From: Octopus vulgaris
Lineage: Eukaryota
Direction: 5' to 3'
DNA: 64,000 nt
Assembly: GCA_951406725.2 (NCBI GenBank)
Contig: OX597838.1
Span: forward strand, 29,512,001 to 29,576,000
The notes under the pieces are model-generated. The model was not told where the DNA came from and did no database searches. It worked only from the letters and a program-made list of their open reading frames with translations. A program made the translations under genes and the position numbers. Positions 14,102-27,562 of this stretch are shown piece by piece. Within the stretch, counting starts at the first letter, position 1. Each line of letters begins with the position of its first letter.

Positions 14102-15634
14102 GAACCAAATCACCTCAATCGAGCAATCATAAAACCAAACACGTCACCTCACCACCACCATTAATCTTGACCATGATGTTCTAAAGTAGACTGATCACGT
14201 AATACACAAGTAAATAGGGTAATAGGTACATTGCGTTGTTTCCGTTACAGTTTTCTGACTCAGAAGACAAAGGAAAGAACGCGAGGAAACACGTGTCCTG
14301 TAGCCCGATGATATCATTCACAGCCCAGCTTGGGCTTGGTGTGTTTTCACATATGCTGCCTAATAAGGAGAATTTCTCTTCCAAGACATTTACCGTAGAG
14401 AATGTCTTTCGAACATGTTACATAGATATGTGCTCACCTGTATTTTAATCACCGCTGTTTAGTGTGCCTTCAGTTAATTACTCCCAGCATGACAAAGCTT
14501 TGCACACGCCAGCGAAGTTATCATTTGGTGTTTACACAAGGACAGCAAACGGCGATTCTTAACGGGTTATGGAATGACGGATTCGGTGCCTGTGGTTGAT
14601 GAAGCCTAACAACACAAAAACACGATTCCTACAGTCCGATAAACATCATTCATAACCCAGTCCGATGTGTTTCCGCGTATAGTATCCATAAGGAGAATTT
14701 CTCTTTCGTGACGGTAATCACAGCGAATGCCATTTTGTTTCTGTGTGCACGGACGTGTTAAATATATATGTACACACTTATATTCTAATCATCGCTACTT
14801 AGTGATTGTGGCTTTAGCAAAAAGACAAATGTTGCACCTATCATGCATTACGTTTTCGATTTCGGTCCATAGTTACATTATCATGTCCGTACATCATTAT
14901 GTATGTATGTATGTATGTATGTATGTATGTATGTATGTATGTACTGTGTATGTGTGTATGTATGAATGTATGTATGTATGTCTTAAGGATGTATCATGCG
15001 CGGGGACATAGAAATAATCGGACTGAATACCCGATCGCACGTTTAAACCATTGGGAGTGAAGGACTCCTAGCCTTTGTTAGGGCATCCTTCTAGGAGAAG
15101 GTAACTCAGGTAACTGGGATAACTCTGACATAAAACCTGCGGCTCAGTGGTTACCGATGATGTTGACTTGTTCTTCTTTTCGGATTATGGCTGCTGTTGC
15201 TTAGTGAGTGGGATTGACTCAGTGCACAGCCTTTCCTCACTTTAAAAGAAAATCTTCTTGCACAGGCATTGCACGATAGCAACATTGATTAAGCTTCGTG
15301 CAATGGCCATACTCGATAACGAGGGGGCAGCCACCATGTATGTATGTATGTATGTATGTATGTGTGTGTGTATGTATGTATGTATATAATATACATAATA
15401 TACGTCACATATGTATCTTTTACCATTTATACTTTACTTGTTTCAGCGATCTGACTGCAGCATGGCCGGAGCACTGCCTTCAAGGGTTTTCAGCTGAATG
15501 TACTGACCCAAGTACTTATTCTTTTGAAGCCTGCGTCCTTAGTCTATTGGTCTCATTGTTGAACCGCTAAGTTACGGGGACGCAAACAAACAGATACAAA
15601 GACACACACACGCACACATATATATATATATGTA

Positions 15635-15845
15635 TTCAAAATGTGACCGCGTGTGTACCGTTGGCGATTTTTTTTCCTCTGTCTTCCCTTCTCTGGATCT
15701 TTCCTTCTCCTATGTTTCCGACGAAGAGCTCCGCTCGAAACGTTAAACCCTCCTTCTTCCCTTCTTTCCTGAGCGTCCAATAATACTATATTTGTTCCAC
15801 GTCCTCGCGTTGTTGTGTTTTTTTGTGCTTTCATGTTTGGATTAA

Positions 15846-15848
<3 letters not shown>
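15635..15848 (+). mobile_element. Penelope-like terminal fragment inserted in the microsatellite of a family A SINE
   Basis: c[c/t]gacgaagagctccgctcgaaacgtt motif; second copy at 46020-46210 (minus); flanked by the two halves of a minus-strand SINE A (15430-15600 and 15913-16050). Confidence 0.6.
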
Positions 15849-15897
<49 letters not shown>

Positions 15898-16466
15898 CAT
15901 ACATACATACATACGACGGGCTTCTTTCAGTTTCCGTCTACCAAATCCACTCGAGAGGCTTTGATTGGCCTAAGGCTATATAGTAATGGACACTTGCCCA
16001 AGGTTCTACACAGCAGATTGAACCCCAAACGACGTGGTTGGAAAACAAGCTCTATAACTTTTAAACTAGAGCTTTCATTATTTTTCTCAGCACAAAAGTG
16101 TTCCCTAAGAACATATATACACTGCAATTTTCCCTCGGTACTAAAAACGGTTTCCAGGATTTCTTCAACTTGGATTACGTCTTTCGATTTTGATGAAATT
16201 TCCAACATAGATGGAGATTTTCACGATAAGTACGAAAACCACAAAAACTTAGGTGAACCTTTACGATTACAGACGTCGAAATTTGAAGGTGATTTCTGGC
16301 GGCTTTGGCGATCAGATTCGTTCAAAACACGTTGGAAACCATCGGAAAAACACAAATTACGCCCCCTAAAGTAAGACGGATGCAATAGCTATTTCATACC
16401 ATTTGATTCTGTTTCCTAAAGCGTTCGTGTCGATGTGTGGCCGGGTTCGATACTAGCCTAATAACA

Positions 16467-16920
16467 TCTTTTATCTTTTACTTGTTTCAGTCATTAGACT
16501 GCGGCCACGCTGGGGCACCTCCTTGAAGAACTTTGGAGTCGAATGAATCAACACCATCGCTTTTTTCCTCTCTTTTTTTTTTTTAAAGCCTGGTATTTAT
16601 TTTATCGTTCTCTTTTGCCGAAATGCTAATTTACAGGGACGAAAACACACCAACACCGGTTGTCAAGCGGTGGTAGGGGATAAACACGTGTGTGTGTGTG
16701 TATGTATGTACTGTATGTATATATATATATATATGTAGTGTGTGTGTTTGTCTTATACATACGAGTGACTTCTTTCAGTTTCCTTCTACCAAAGCCACTC
16801 ACAAGGCTTGGGTCGGTCTGGGGCTATAGTACAAGACACACGCCCACGTTGCCACGCAGTGAGATTGAACCTGGAGCCATGTAACGGGGGAAACAAATTT
16901 CGTACCACACAGCCACGCCT
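16467..16920 (-). mobile_element. SINE family A, diverged
   Basis: Family consensus recognisable despite many substitutions. Confidence 0.75.
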
Positions 16921-17139
16921 GGGTAAGTTTCCAGTAAATTTTTTCCCCATTACATCAGTCTCGCTTTGGTGAATGCGGCACTCTTAAAGAACGAATGGTT
17001 TCTGATGGCTTTGGTGATCAGATTCGCTCAAAACATGCCAAAAATAGCTCAGGAAAAACGTAGTCCTCACCTTCAAACCACGAAGATTACAACAGCAAAT
17101 GTATCTATTTATTTATTTATTACAAATTAATAGATGAAA

Positions 17140-17420
17140 GTCACGATGTTTTAAAGTATGAAATGTTTTAGAAATTTTTTTGAAATTTCCACCAATCAGA
17201 TGCAGCCATTCTCGACACGCCGGAAGTTGGAACTGCCATATGTTCTTTTATACCAATAAAGACCCACCTGGTAGCTAGATCAGATAAAAGAAAAATTTAT
17301 ATATACGTATAACTATGGAGAACATATGGCAGTTCCACTTTAAGCGTGTTGAGATTGGCCGCAGCTGATTGGCTGAATTTTTTTTTAAATAAATTTTGAA
17401 TATCTAAAGCTTCATAACTT
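17140..17420. mobile_element. Palindromic MITE-like element
   Basis: ccaatcagatgcagcca..ggaactgccatatgttct is inverted by agaacatatggcagttcc..tggccgcagctgattgg. Confidence 0.6.
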
Positions 17421-17483
17421 GCTTATTCTCAAGTTCTGCAAAAAATAGTTGTGATTTTCTAAATTAATATTATTAACTTTCTT

Positions 17484-17912
17484 AAGGCGGCAAACTGGCA
17501 GAAACGTTAGCACGCTGGGCGAAATGCGTAGCAGTATTTCGTCTGCCGTTACGTTCTGAGTTCAAATTCTGCCGAGGTCGACTTTGCCTTTCATCCTTTC
17601 GGGGTCGATTAAATAAGTACCAGTTATGCACTGGGTCGATGTAATCGACTTAATCCCTTGGTCTGTTCTTGTTTGTCCCCTCAGTGTTTAGCCCCTTGTG
17701 GGCAATAAAGAAATAAGAAACGTTAGCACGCTGGGCGAAATGCTTAGCGGTATTTCGTCTGCCGTTACGTTCTGAGTTCAAATTCCGCCGTGGTCGACTT
17801 TGCCTTTCATCATTTCGGGGTCGATAAATTAAGTACCAGTTACGCACTGGGATCGATATCTGTCCTTGTTTGTCCCCTCTGTGTTTAGCCCCTTGTGGGT
17901 AGTAAAGAAATA
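17484..17912 (+). mobile_element. SINE family B, tandem dimer
   Basis: Two consecutive head-core-tail units. Confidence 0.85.
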
Positions 17913-19929
17913 ATTATTAATTTTCTTTTATTCTTTACTTGTTTCAGTCATTAGACTGCGGCCATGCTGGGGCACCGCCTTGAAGAATTTCTAGTCGAAT
18001 AAAAAAATAAATCCTTTTTTTACTACTGGTGCTTATATTCTATCGGTCGCTTTTGCCGAACCGGTAACTTAGGAGGACGTAAACCTACCAACACCGGTTG
18101 TGAAGCCGTGGTGGAAAATAAACAAACAAACGCAATGGGCGATCTTACGATATTGGTACACGACGCCATTCACCTATACAACGTTCTCCTCGTGACAAAT
18201 AAAGAAGGTAAAAAAGAGGGTGAATGACGCCGACACTCTCTGTAGACCAATACCGAAGGAACGCCACACAAAGCAAAATTTCAAGAAAATCGGAAGAGAT
18301 AGTTCAAACGGTCACACAAGCAGCGTCGTTCCTTGCCAATAGGCGAGCTGGCTGAATCGTTAGCACGCCGGACAAAAACGCTTAGCGACATTTCGTCTGT
18401 GTTCACGTTCTGAGTTCAAATTCCGCAAAGGTCGACTTAAGCCTTTCATCCATTCGGAATCAATAAAAATAAATACAACGGTTGATGTAATGAACCTTAC
18501 CCCTTCCCGAAATTGCTGGTCTAGAACCAAAATTTGAAAGCAAAAATCTGCGTCAATAAACTCCATGCGACCCATGCAAGGTGACGGTGTGTGTGTGTGT
18601 GTACAATTTAGTCTGATAAGTAATAAGGCGATTTCGCTATTACTAAGCTTTGGGATTTCCACGAACCACATGTTTTGTTACGACGTAAGCTTATTTCCTC
18701 AATGGTTTTTCCTGAAATCCATTCAAGCCCCGTTTGGACAAATGATAGATTTAAACGGTTTAACACCACCTTAAATGGCTACTTTCAATTTCCGTCAACC
18801 AAATTCGGTAAATTTTTTTACTATTACACGCGTCACGTGAGACGGGAGTGATAGTAAAAACAAAAATTAAATTTTACAGGAAAAAGGAGCGGAATTGGGG
18901 GGTGAAAACGTACAAGGTTAAATTCTTTGACGGAAAGAAACAACCGCCTCAAATTCCTTGTTCTTTCCTGTTTCTGTGGGGTAGTCATGGTGGCTATTCC
19001 CTAAGTCCACCGATTAGAAATGACACCCGCCTCGTGAAACTGACGGGTAAAGTTCACTCACAGCAGATAACAATTGCCGGAGGTGCCACGCAGTGGGACT
19101 GAACTCGAAACTACTAGGTTGAGAAGCGAGTTATGCCTGTTCTTATACTAAATAAAACTGATGAAAGCCAGTAACATGAAAAAAAAAACTCCTTTCTTTT
19201 GTTTACAAACTATTGGTTTATAATAAAACAATGCCGGAGCTTGGATAATGGATGATGAGTCAGGACCATAGCAAACTAGATCTGCTTGATACAGACTGCT
19301 GTTGTTTAGAAAACAAAAATATATTTGATTGAAATTTTAATTTCATTGACAAAAACAGACTGTTCCATAAAGTTTACGCTTTTTGTTGCCATTTAGTTAA
19401 ACGAGCATTATTTACGTTAAGTATGAATATTCAGAAAGGTTCAGACATTATCGAGAATACATTTCGTCTGTTACAAATAAAACATGTCGGCCGGTCTTCC
19501 ATTATTTCTGTTTAAGAAGTGTCTCATAAAGCAGACGACACGAGGAGGGGGAGGAAGATAGAGAGACATGAATGAATAACTAAATGAATAAATAAATGAT
19601 GTATTCGTCATTAAGGTTTGTTAGTTTATCAGTTTAGTTTGAGATAGTACTTCCTTCTTTGCGGTGACAAACCTCTTCATCATCGTCATTAGCGTCGTTA
19701 CTTGATTCTCGGCGTTGTTCTCAGCACAATATGGCTGGCTACACAAAATTGCTAATGGTCACGGGATTAATTAGAAAAGAATTTAAATGACACATAACTA
19801 AAATGAGAGGGTTTTTTTAGAAAGGCCAATCATTCCATTACCAACAGCTTTCACTTTCATTTGTTACACTGAAATTTGTCATAAAATTTCCTTGTTATAT
19901 ATATGTATATGAGTATATATTATCATTTT

Positions 19930-20600
19930 CTTATTTCTTTACTGCCCACAAGGGGCTAAACACAGAGAGGACAAACAAGGACAGATAAACGGATTAAGTC
20001 GATTGTAAGGCGGCGAGCTGGCAGAACCGTTAGCACGCCGGGCGAAATGCACAGCTGTATTTCGTCTGCCGTTACGTTCTGAGTTCAAATTCCGCCGAGG
20101 TCGACTTTGCCTTTCATCCTTTCGGGGTCGATAAATCAAGTACCAGTTACGCATTGGGGTCGATGTAATCGACTTAATCCTTAATTTGTCTGTCCTTGTT
20201 TGTCCTCTCTGTGTTTAGCCCCTTGTGGGTAGTAAAGAAATAGGATTAAGTCGATTATATCGACCCCAGTGCGTAACTGGTACTTAATTTATCGATCCCG
20301 AAAGAATGAAAGGCAAAGTCGACCTCGGCGGAATTTGAACTCAGAACGTAGCGGCAGACGAAATACCTATTTCTTTATTACCCACAAGGGGCTAAACATA
20401 GAGGGGGTAAACAAGGACAGATAAACGGATTAAGTCGACTAAATCGACCACAGTGCGTAACTGGTACTTATTTAATCGACCCAGAAAGGATGAACGGCAA
20501 AGTCGACCTCGGCGGAATTTGAACTCAGAACGTAGCGGCAGACGAAATACCGCTAAGCATTTCGCCCGATGTGCTAACGTTTCTGCCAGCTCGCCGCCTT
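19930..20600. mobile_element. SINE family B: plus-strand copy (~20008-20242) nested in a minus-strand dimer
   Basis: The minus-strand tail is interrupted at ggattaagtcgatt, which is repeated on both sides of the inserted plus copy. Confidence 0.8.
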
Positions 20601-21562
20601 TTGAGTATATATTATCAATTTCTGTTAACTTCTCAACACCTACCATAAAGCCACCTCCCTCTCTAGTACACTCGCCCCACTCCGGCCACCACTTAGACGA
20701 AGCAGATCTTTTCGTCTTGCGAGTTACATGGTGACCTCACCAGTGCTGGTGCCACGTGTCACGACAAACGCACCCAGTACACTCTACAAAGTAGTTGGCA
20801 CTTGGAAGGGCTTCCACCTGGAGATTGGAGAAACGATGACCGTCTTCCTGATCGTTGGATCCTGTTGAATTGTCCAACCCATGACAGCGTGGAAGACGGA
20901 TATCACATTTAATGTCCGTCTTCCATGAGAATGAGCGATGGCTAAAGATGGCGGGCGGATGGGAGAATGGAGGCGAATGTGGTAAATGGTGAACAAGGGC
21001 GGAAAGGTGGTGGTCGAAGAATATGAGTTGGAGGAAAGGCAAAGAAGAGGTGGTGATGACTGACACTACAGAATGTGTGAAAAACAGTAGCAGCAGGATG
21101 ATGATAATAATAATAATAATGATAATAATAATAATAATAATCCTTTCTACTATAGGCACAAGGTCTTGAAATTTTGGGCAAAGGGATTAAGTAGATTACA
21201 TCAACCCCCAGTGTTTCAATGGTACTTGATTTATCGACCCCGAAACGATGTATGTTTGTGTAGGTGTGTGGGGTAATGTTAAGGCTCGTGGCTTGGTGGT
21301 TACAGTATTTCCTTGAGCAAGACTCTTAACGTCATGTTGCTCCAGTCCACTCAGCCGGCAAAAATGAGTGGTACTTGTAATTCATAGGGGGCCAGCCTTG
21401 CCACATTCTGTGTCACGCTGAATCTCCCTGAGAAATATGTTAAGGGCACGCGAATCTGTGGAATACTCACCCACTTGCATGTTAATTTCACGAGCAGGCT
21501 ATTCCGTTGATCGGATCAACTGTAACCCTTGTCGTCATGACCGACGGAATGCCAGTTATAGG

Positions 21563-21616
<54 letters not shown>

Positions 21617-21774
21617 ACTTGTGAGTATGTATGTAGTTATTTATGTACAGATGTATAGAAGAGGTTATAATTCAACTGTATCCTCGTTAAGTACATCTGT
21701 CCGTTCATACTCATCCAGTGTATGTATGCAGATGTTTCATCTTAAATGTCTCTCATCTTTTCGATATCGATGCT

Positions 21775-22050
21775 ATGTCTTTTCGTCCGACGTCACTTCA
21801 TCGAACGCCTTTTGCTCCGACGCCTTTTCGTCCGATGATTCTTTTTTAAACAATGACAAACCCTATCGATAAAATTCTCAATGATTCTTTGGTTTTGATG
21901 TTCACCTCATTTTCTAAAGAGTTTATTAAAAACTGGGCAAAATGTCGTTGGACAAAAACAAAATCATGGGACAAAAAAGACGTCGGACCAAAAGACGTGG
22001 ACGAAGTGACGTTGGACAAAGGGACATCGGACGAAAAGTCGGGTCGTGCA
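21775..22050. mobile_element. Foldback element with inverted arrays of ~15-bp subrepeats
   Basis: (ttttcgtccgacgtc)-like units on the left and (gacgtcggacgaaaa)-like units on the right. Confidence 0.65.
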
Positions 22051-22099
22051 CAGTATCACAGTATCGACCAGACAATCAGATGCTGTTATACACCGCTGG

Positions 22100-22275
22100 T
22101 CACAATGCGCTTCTAATTCTGTCTTGGTTGCCCCTTCTTTTCCAGCTTGACCCAAATTGCTTAATCAAATCGTTTTCCCATCATCGTGGAGGCCTTCTGA
22201 GTGGTCTTTCTTAATCTCTTGGATACCACTCAGCAACTGCATGGCTCCACCTGTTGTCCACGAACCTTATACAAG
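22100..22275 (-). mobile_element. RTE LINE C-terminal fragment
   Basis: RFVDNRWSHAVAEWYPRD*ERPLRRPPR*WENDL peptide. Confidence 0.7.
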
Positions 22276-23733
22276 CAAGTGTATTAGTTTGACGCTCGGG
22301 AAAGTGAGAAAGTTTTTTCATGTTTCGAGCCTACGCTCTTCAACAGAAAGGAATACGAGAAAATACACAGAGAGAGAATGAAAAAGAAACTTGTGGATTT
22401 GGCGGTCAAGCATGGCGATAAGCTTCTTTCAGTTTCTGTCTACCAAATCCACTCACAAGGCTTTGGTCAGCTCGAGGCTACAGTAGAAGACACTTGCCCA
22501 AGGTGCCATGCAGTAGGACTGAACCTGGAACCATGTAGTTGGGAAGCAAGCTTCTTACCACACGGCCACTCCTGAATATATGTGCGTGTGTGTGTTTGTG
22601 TTTGTGTACCCACCACCACCACCACCACCGTTTAACAACCGGTGTTGGTGTGTTTACATCCCCGTAAGCTAGCGGTTCGGCAAAAGAGACCAACAGAATA
22701 GGTATTATACTTTAAAAAGAAAAAATAGTCCTGGGGTCGATTTGTTCGACTAAAACCCTTCAAGGTGGTGCTCCAGGATGGCCGCAGTCAAATGACTGAA
22801 ACAAGGAAAAGAATAAAAGAAAAAAAAAGTATACATTACGATTGCAGCGTGTGTGTATGTGTGTGTATGTGTGTGCGTGTGTGTGTTTGCCGTAGTAACT
22901 TTCTTTCACTCATACATAACCACCCTCTTTCTCTGTCTCTCTGTCTGTCTCTCTCTCTCTCTGTCTCTCTTCCTTCCTCTCTCCATTAAATACGAAAAAA
23001 ACAACTAAATTAAAAGAAAAAAAACATAAAGAAGAATAAAGAAATAAATCAACTTCAGTCAGCGTTGCTGACGACTTCCACTTAATTCACCGTTAGAGTG
23101 AAACTTGAGGAGGAAGAGGAAAGAGAGGGAGGGATGGACGAAGGAGTGAGTGAGGAAAGAGGGGGGGGCAAGTTTTGAAGTGGAGAGGGAAAGTGTATCA
23201 AAAGGAAAGAGAGAGAGAGAGAAAGATGAAAGGAAGAGAGACTGAGAGCGAGAAAGAAAAGAAGGAGAAAGAAAGTAACAAAAGCAGGGGAGAGAGAGAG
23301 AGGAGAAAGGAAAGGAATGGGAGAGGGAGAAGAGAGAAACAAGAGAGTGATAAAGGAAAAAAACGAAAAGAGAGAGAAAGCGAGAGAGGGATAGGAGGGA
23401 GGAAAGAGGGGGAAACAAGTTTGAAGTGGGAAGTGAAAGAGAAGCAAAGAGAGAGGGAGGAAGATAGAAAGGGGATAGGGAATAGAAAAGGGAGAAAGAG
23501 ACAGGGAGGGAGGGATGAAATAGTGTAAAATATAAGGAGAAACATGGTAGGAGGAGAGAAAGTGAGGGGAAAGTAAGAGGAAGGGCGGAGAGACAAATTT
23601 CAAATCTGTAAAAAAAAAAATCTCATCTCACACACATACACGCTAACATATGCATACATAGAGAAACACATATACATACATTAATACATGCATACACGCA
23701 CAGAAAGACTAACACATACTCAGACATACAAAT

Positions 23734-23778
<45 letters not shown>

Positions 23779-24142
23779 TACACAAATGTAGTGATGAAAC
23801 ATCGAAAGTAAACGGAAATATTTTATGCCGGAAAACTTTTTTGAAAGTATCGTGGATAAACTTAAAGGTGTATAAAAGTGTGTGCATGGATGTATGTGTG
23901 TACGTGTTTATACACACATGTATGTATGTATGTATGTATGCATTAAGGCCATTCCCTGTTACATTCACAACTTGAAAAGAGCCAAGTTGTCTCTCAACAT
24001 GCAAAGTTATCTGATCGAAGTTATTTGATATCGATGTCTTTAATGATTTAAACGCCAGTTTGATTATTTATTAACATTAGGAAAACAGTCGCGTCTTCAA
24101 GACACACACACACACACACTATATATTGTAGTGTATGTGTGC

Positions 24143-24204
<62 letters not shown>

Positions 24205-25259
24205 ATATATATAATCTGAAGTTGAAACTCTATCCAAACTTGTTTCTTACTTAAAGTTTCAGATTTCTTAAATATTTTTATGCCATTCATATACATACAT
24301 CCATACATACGTACACACATATGTAACAAAAGGTAAATATATACATATTAACCCCTACATACATACATACATACATACATACATACAAACATACATACGT
24401 ACATACATACATACATATATACATACATGCATACATGCATACATACATACATACATACATACATACATGCATGCACACACAGCATTGTCATGTAAGCCGA
24501 AGACTGGTGCTTTGGATAAATTATTTGCTCATAGCATCTTCCTGGCAACAAACATAGGTTAATTCTCCTTCAAGAGTCTTTCACTTTACTGAAAGGCCGA
24601 ACAGAATTTCTTTATCCCTCACTCTTTCTTTCTTTCATTCGTTCTCATTCTTTCTCCTTTTTACTTTCTCCGTCGCTTTTATTTCTTACTTTCTCTTTCT
24701 TCTTCTTCTTCTCTTACTCTTTCTTTCTTTCTCTCGGTCTTTCACGTTTTCTCCGTCTTTCTTTTACTTTCTCTCTGTTACTCTTACGCCTTTTCTTTCT
24801 CCCTTCGACTCTTTCTCTCTTACTTTCTTTTTCTCTCTCTCTCTCACAATTTTTCTTTCTTTCTCTCCGTTATTCTTACAATCTTTCTTTACTCTCTTCA
24901 TCGAAACTCGTGGGTATGTTTGTGTGTGTGTGTGTGTTGGTCTTAATACAACAAACTTCACTTTCTCGAGTTCAAACCCAACCGATGTCGACTTTGCCTT
25001 TCATCCTTTCGGGGTCGATAAAATAAAGTACCAGTCCAGTACTGAGGTCGATGTAAATCGACTGATCCCCCCCCCCGCCTCCCAAAAACTTCAGGCGTCG
25101 TACTTATTAATAATAAAAACCATTAATTGTGAATTAAAATAAAAAAGTCCATCTTCAATAATTAATTTCGGAAACTGCAAACATAAACGACGATAAATAA
25201 TAACACAAGCATCCTTAAACCACCCAAAATGGAGAATCTTGATTCGGGACACTAAATTT

Positions 25260-25620
25260 AATAATAGCAACGAAAATCGCCTTCAATTTACACACTATAT
25301 AATCTTTAAAAGAAAAAAAAAAGACACCATAATAATATATAAAGGAACCAATGAAGGTTACTCGGTATGCTAAAAAAAGCAGTCAGATCGCCCTTAATGT
25401 AGACACAACAGTTATAAGTTCGGCTTGCTTTAAATAACAGCTAAATCGCCCTAAAGTACACACAACAGTTTTAAGTTATGCGGGCCGCTCGGCTTGCTAA
25501 AAATAGCAGTCATATCGCCCTCGAATCATACATACGCTTTAAAAGTTATGCAGGTCGTTCGGTTTGCTAAAAATAACAGGCAGATTGCCCTCAAACCACA
25601 CACAACAGTTTTAAAAAGAA
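25260..25620. repeat. Degenerate ~55-70-bp tandem repeat (4-5 units)
   Basis: Recurrent tcgg.ttgctaaaata.cag..a.atcgccct..a..acacaacagttttaa. Confidence 0.7.
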
Positions 25621-26099
25621 ACAAAACAACAACAAAAAAAGAAGACATTGGCTATTGCAGTGTTAGACATACTATTTCTGAATGTTTTTCATTGCAGAAC
25701 AGTTCTTGGGTTTAATATCTTTGATAATCAGTTTTGAAACTAGTTACGAAGTTATGGATGGTGGAGCAGGGGTAAGACGTCAGGCCAAAAAAATGTGCTG
25801 CGATAGTTTGTTTCTTTTCCTTACTTTTTCACATCTATATTTACGTTATAAGTTCAAACCCGGTTGGGGTCAACCTTGCCTGTTACTGTCACGGGATAAA
25901 GTATTAAAGTCGATATTATCGACTTGGTATGTCCTTCACCCAAATATTTGTGATCTCATGCTTCTAGTGAAAATAACAATACAGCAAATATATCGAGTTG
26001 TTTACGTTTTGAGTTCAAATCCTACAGAGACCGACTCTGCTTTTCTACCTCCCAGGGTTGCTATAACGGATTAATAAATAGCCCAGTAAGGTCCTAAGA

Positions 26100-26410
26100 G
26101 CATTGTAATTTGATTACAATACCCTTTAAGAATCCAAAGTCTTGTACTGGTGTGCTGAGGGAGTAACCTAATTCGGCTATAATATCCTTTTAAAATCTGG
26201 GGGTCTGTTCTGAAGCACAAGGGGTCACCTAATCTGGCTAACACCCTTTAAAAGCTAGAGGTATTATACTGTAGTTCAGAAGTGTGTGGGGGAGGTGTGC
26301 TTAATTCGGTTATGATACCCTTTTCAAAATCTGAGGTCTTGTGCTACAATACCTAAGGGTCACCTAAATCGGTTAAAATGCCCTTTAAAAGTCCAGAGTC
26401 TGGTGTTGTA
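26100..26410. repeat. Degenerate ~60-70-bp tandem repeat (5 units)
   Basis: Recurrent gggtcacctaattcggcta.aataccctttaaaa.ct.gaggtcttgt.ct. Confidence 0.7.
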
Positions 26411-26596
26411 TGTCAGTTGTATTATAAGCTATTATTGGAACCGTTTAAATACGAATGGAGAAATATAAATTTGAGGCTGTTTTCATTCAGCTGAACTTTT
26501 ATAAACTGTTGTAGGGTTAGCTTTAGCAGCCTCTCTTTCTTTCTCTCTCTCTCTCTCTTTCTTGCTATATACATACATATCTATATAAATATATAT

Positions 26597-26745
<149 letters not shown>

Positions 26746-27218
26746 TGCCTTTCTTTCATAATTCGCCATCGCTCTCGAGCAGGGCTATATCTATGATCAG
26801 ACATCCCAACCGTGACCATCACACCTTTATTCCCTTTCTCTCTCTCTCTCTCATTCTCTTATCTATGCGTGTGTATGTGTGTTTAGTAAACCTACATCAA
26901 AGGCGTTCCAGCTGTGATCACTAACCTGGTTTTTTATTTATTTATTCAGTAGACCTTTTGTGTGTGTGTGTGTGTGTGTTTTTAAAGGAATACATTATCC
27001 AGTGTACGTTTATTTCCTTCCTTTTATTATTTATTTATTTATTGCAGACATTGGGGAGCGCTTTGGGGGAATATTTTCCTGACATTTCTAGCAGATCAAG
27101 TGTACACACGTGTGTATGTGTGCGTACGTATATGTATTATATATGCTTGTGTGTGAGTGCACGGCGTCTCTGAGTATGTGTGTTTAAGTATTTGCGTGCT
27201 GTTGTAAAGTATGTGTTT

Positions 27219-27271
<53 letters not shown>

Positions 27272-27562
27272 TACATGGCGCCTGTGTAGTATATGTATGA
27301 GTTGTGTGTGTATTTATAAATGTATGCGTGTGTATTTGCGTGTCGTCTGTTTGGAGTGTTTGTATGAGATTTGTGTGTATGTGTTCAGTGAGGTGTATGT
27401 GTGTGTGTTTGTATTGTGTGTAGTGTGTGCAAAAAGTGAAAAGATCCAAAGTGTGTCTAGTGTATGAGGTGTGTATGTATGTGTATATGTATCTATGTGC
27501 ATAATGTTGTATGTAGTGTGTGTGTGCGTGTGTGCATAAGGCATGTGTACGAGTTGTGTGTA

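Noticed and set aside
14181-14384. ORF ending in a GPI-signal-like hydrophobic tail
   Set aside because: TTG start, no recognisable domain, and the duplicated paralogous segment does not preserve the frame.
16050-16460. Second Helitron ending ..ccgggttcgatactag
   Set aside because: The 3' hairpin is poor and I could not define a 5' TC end.
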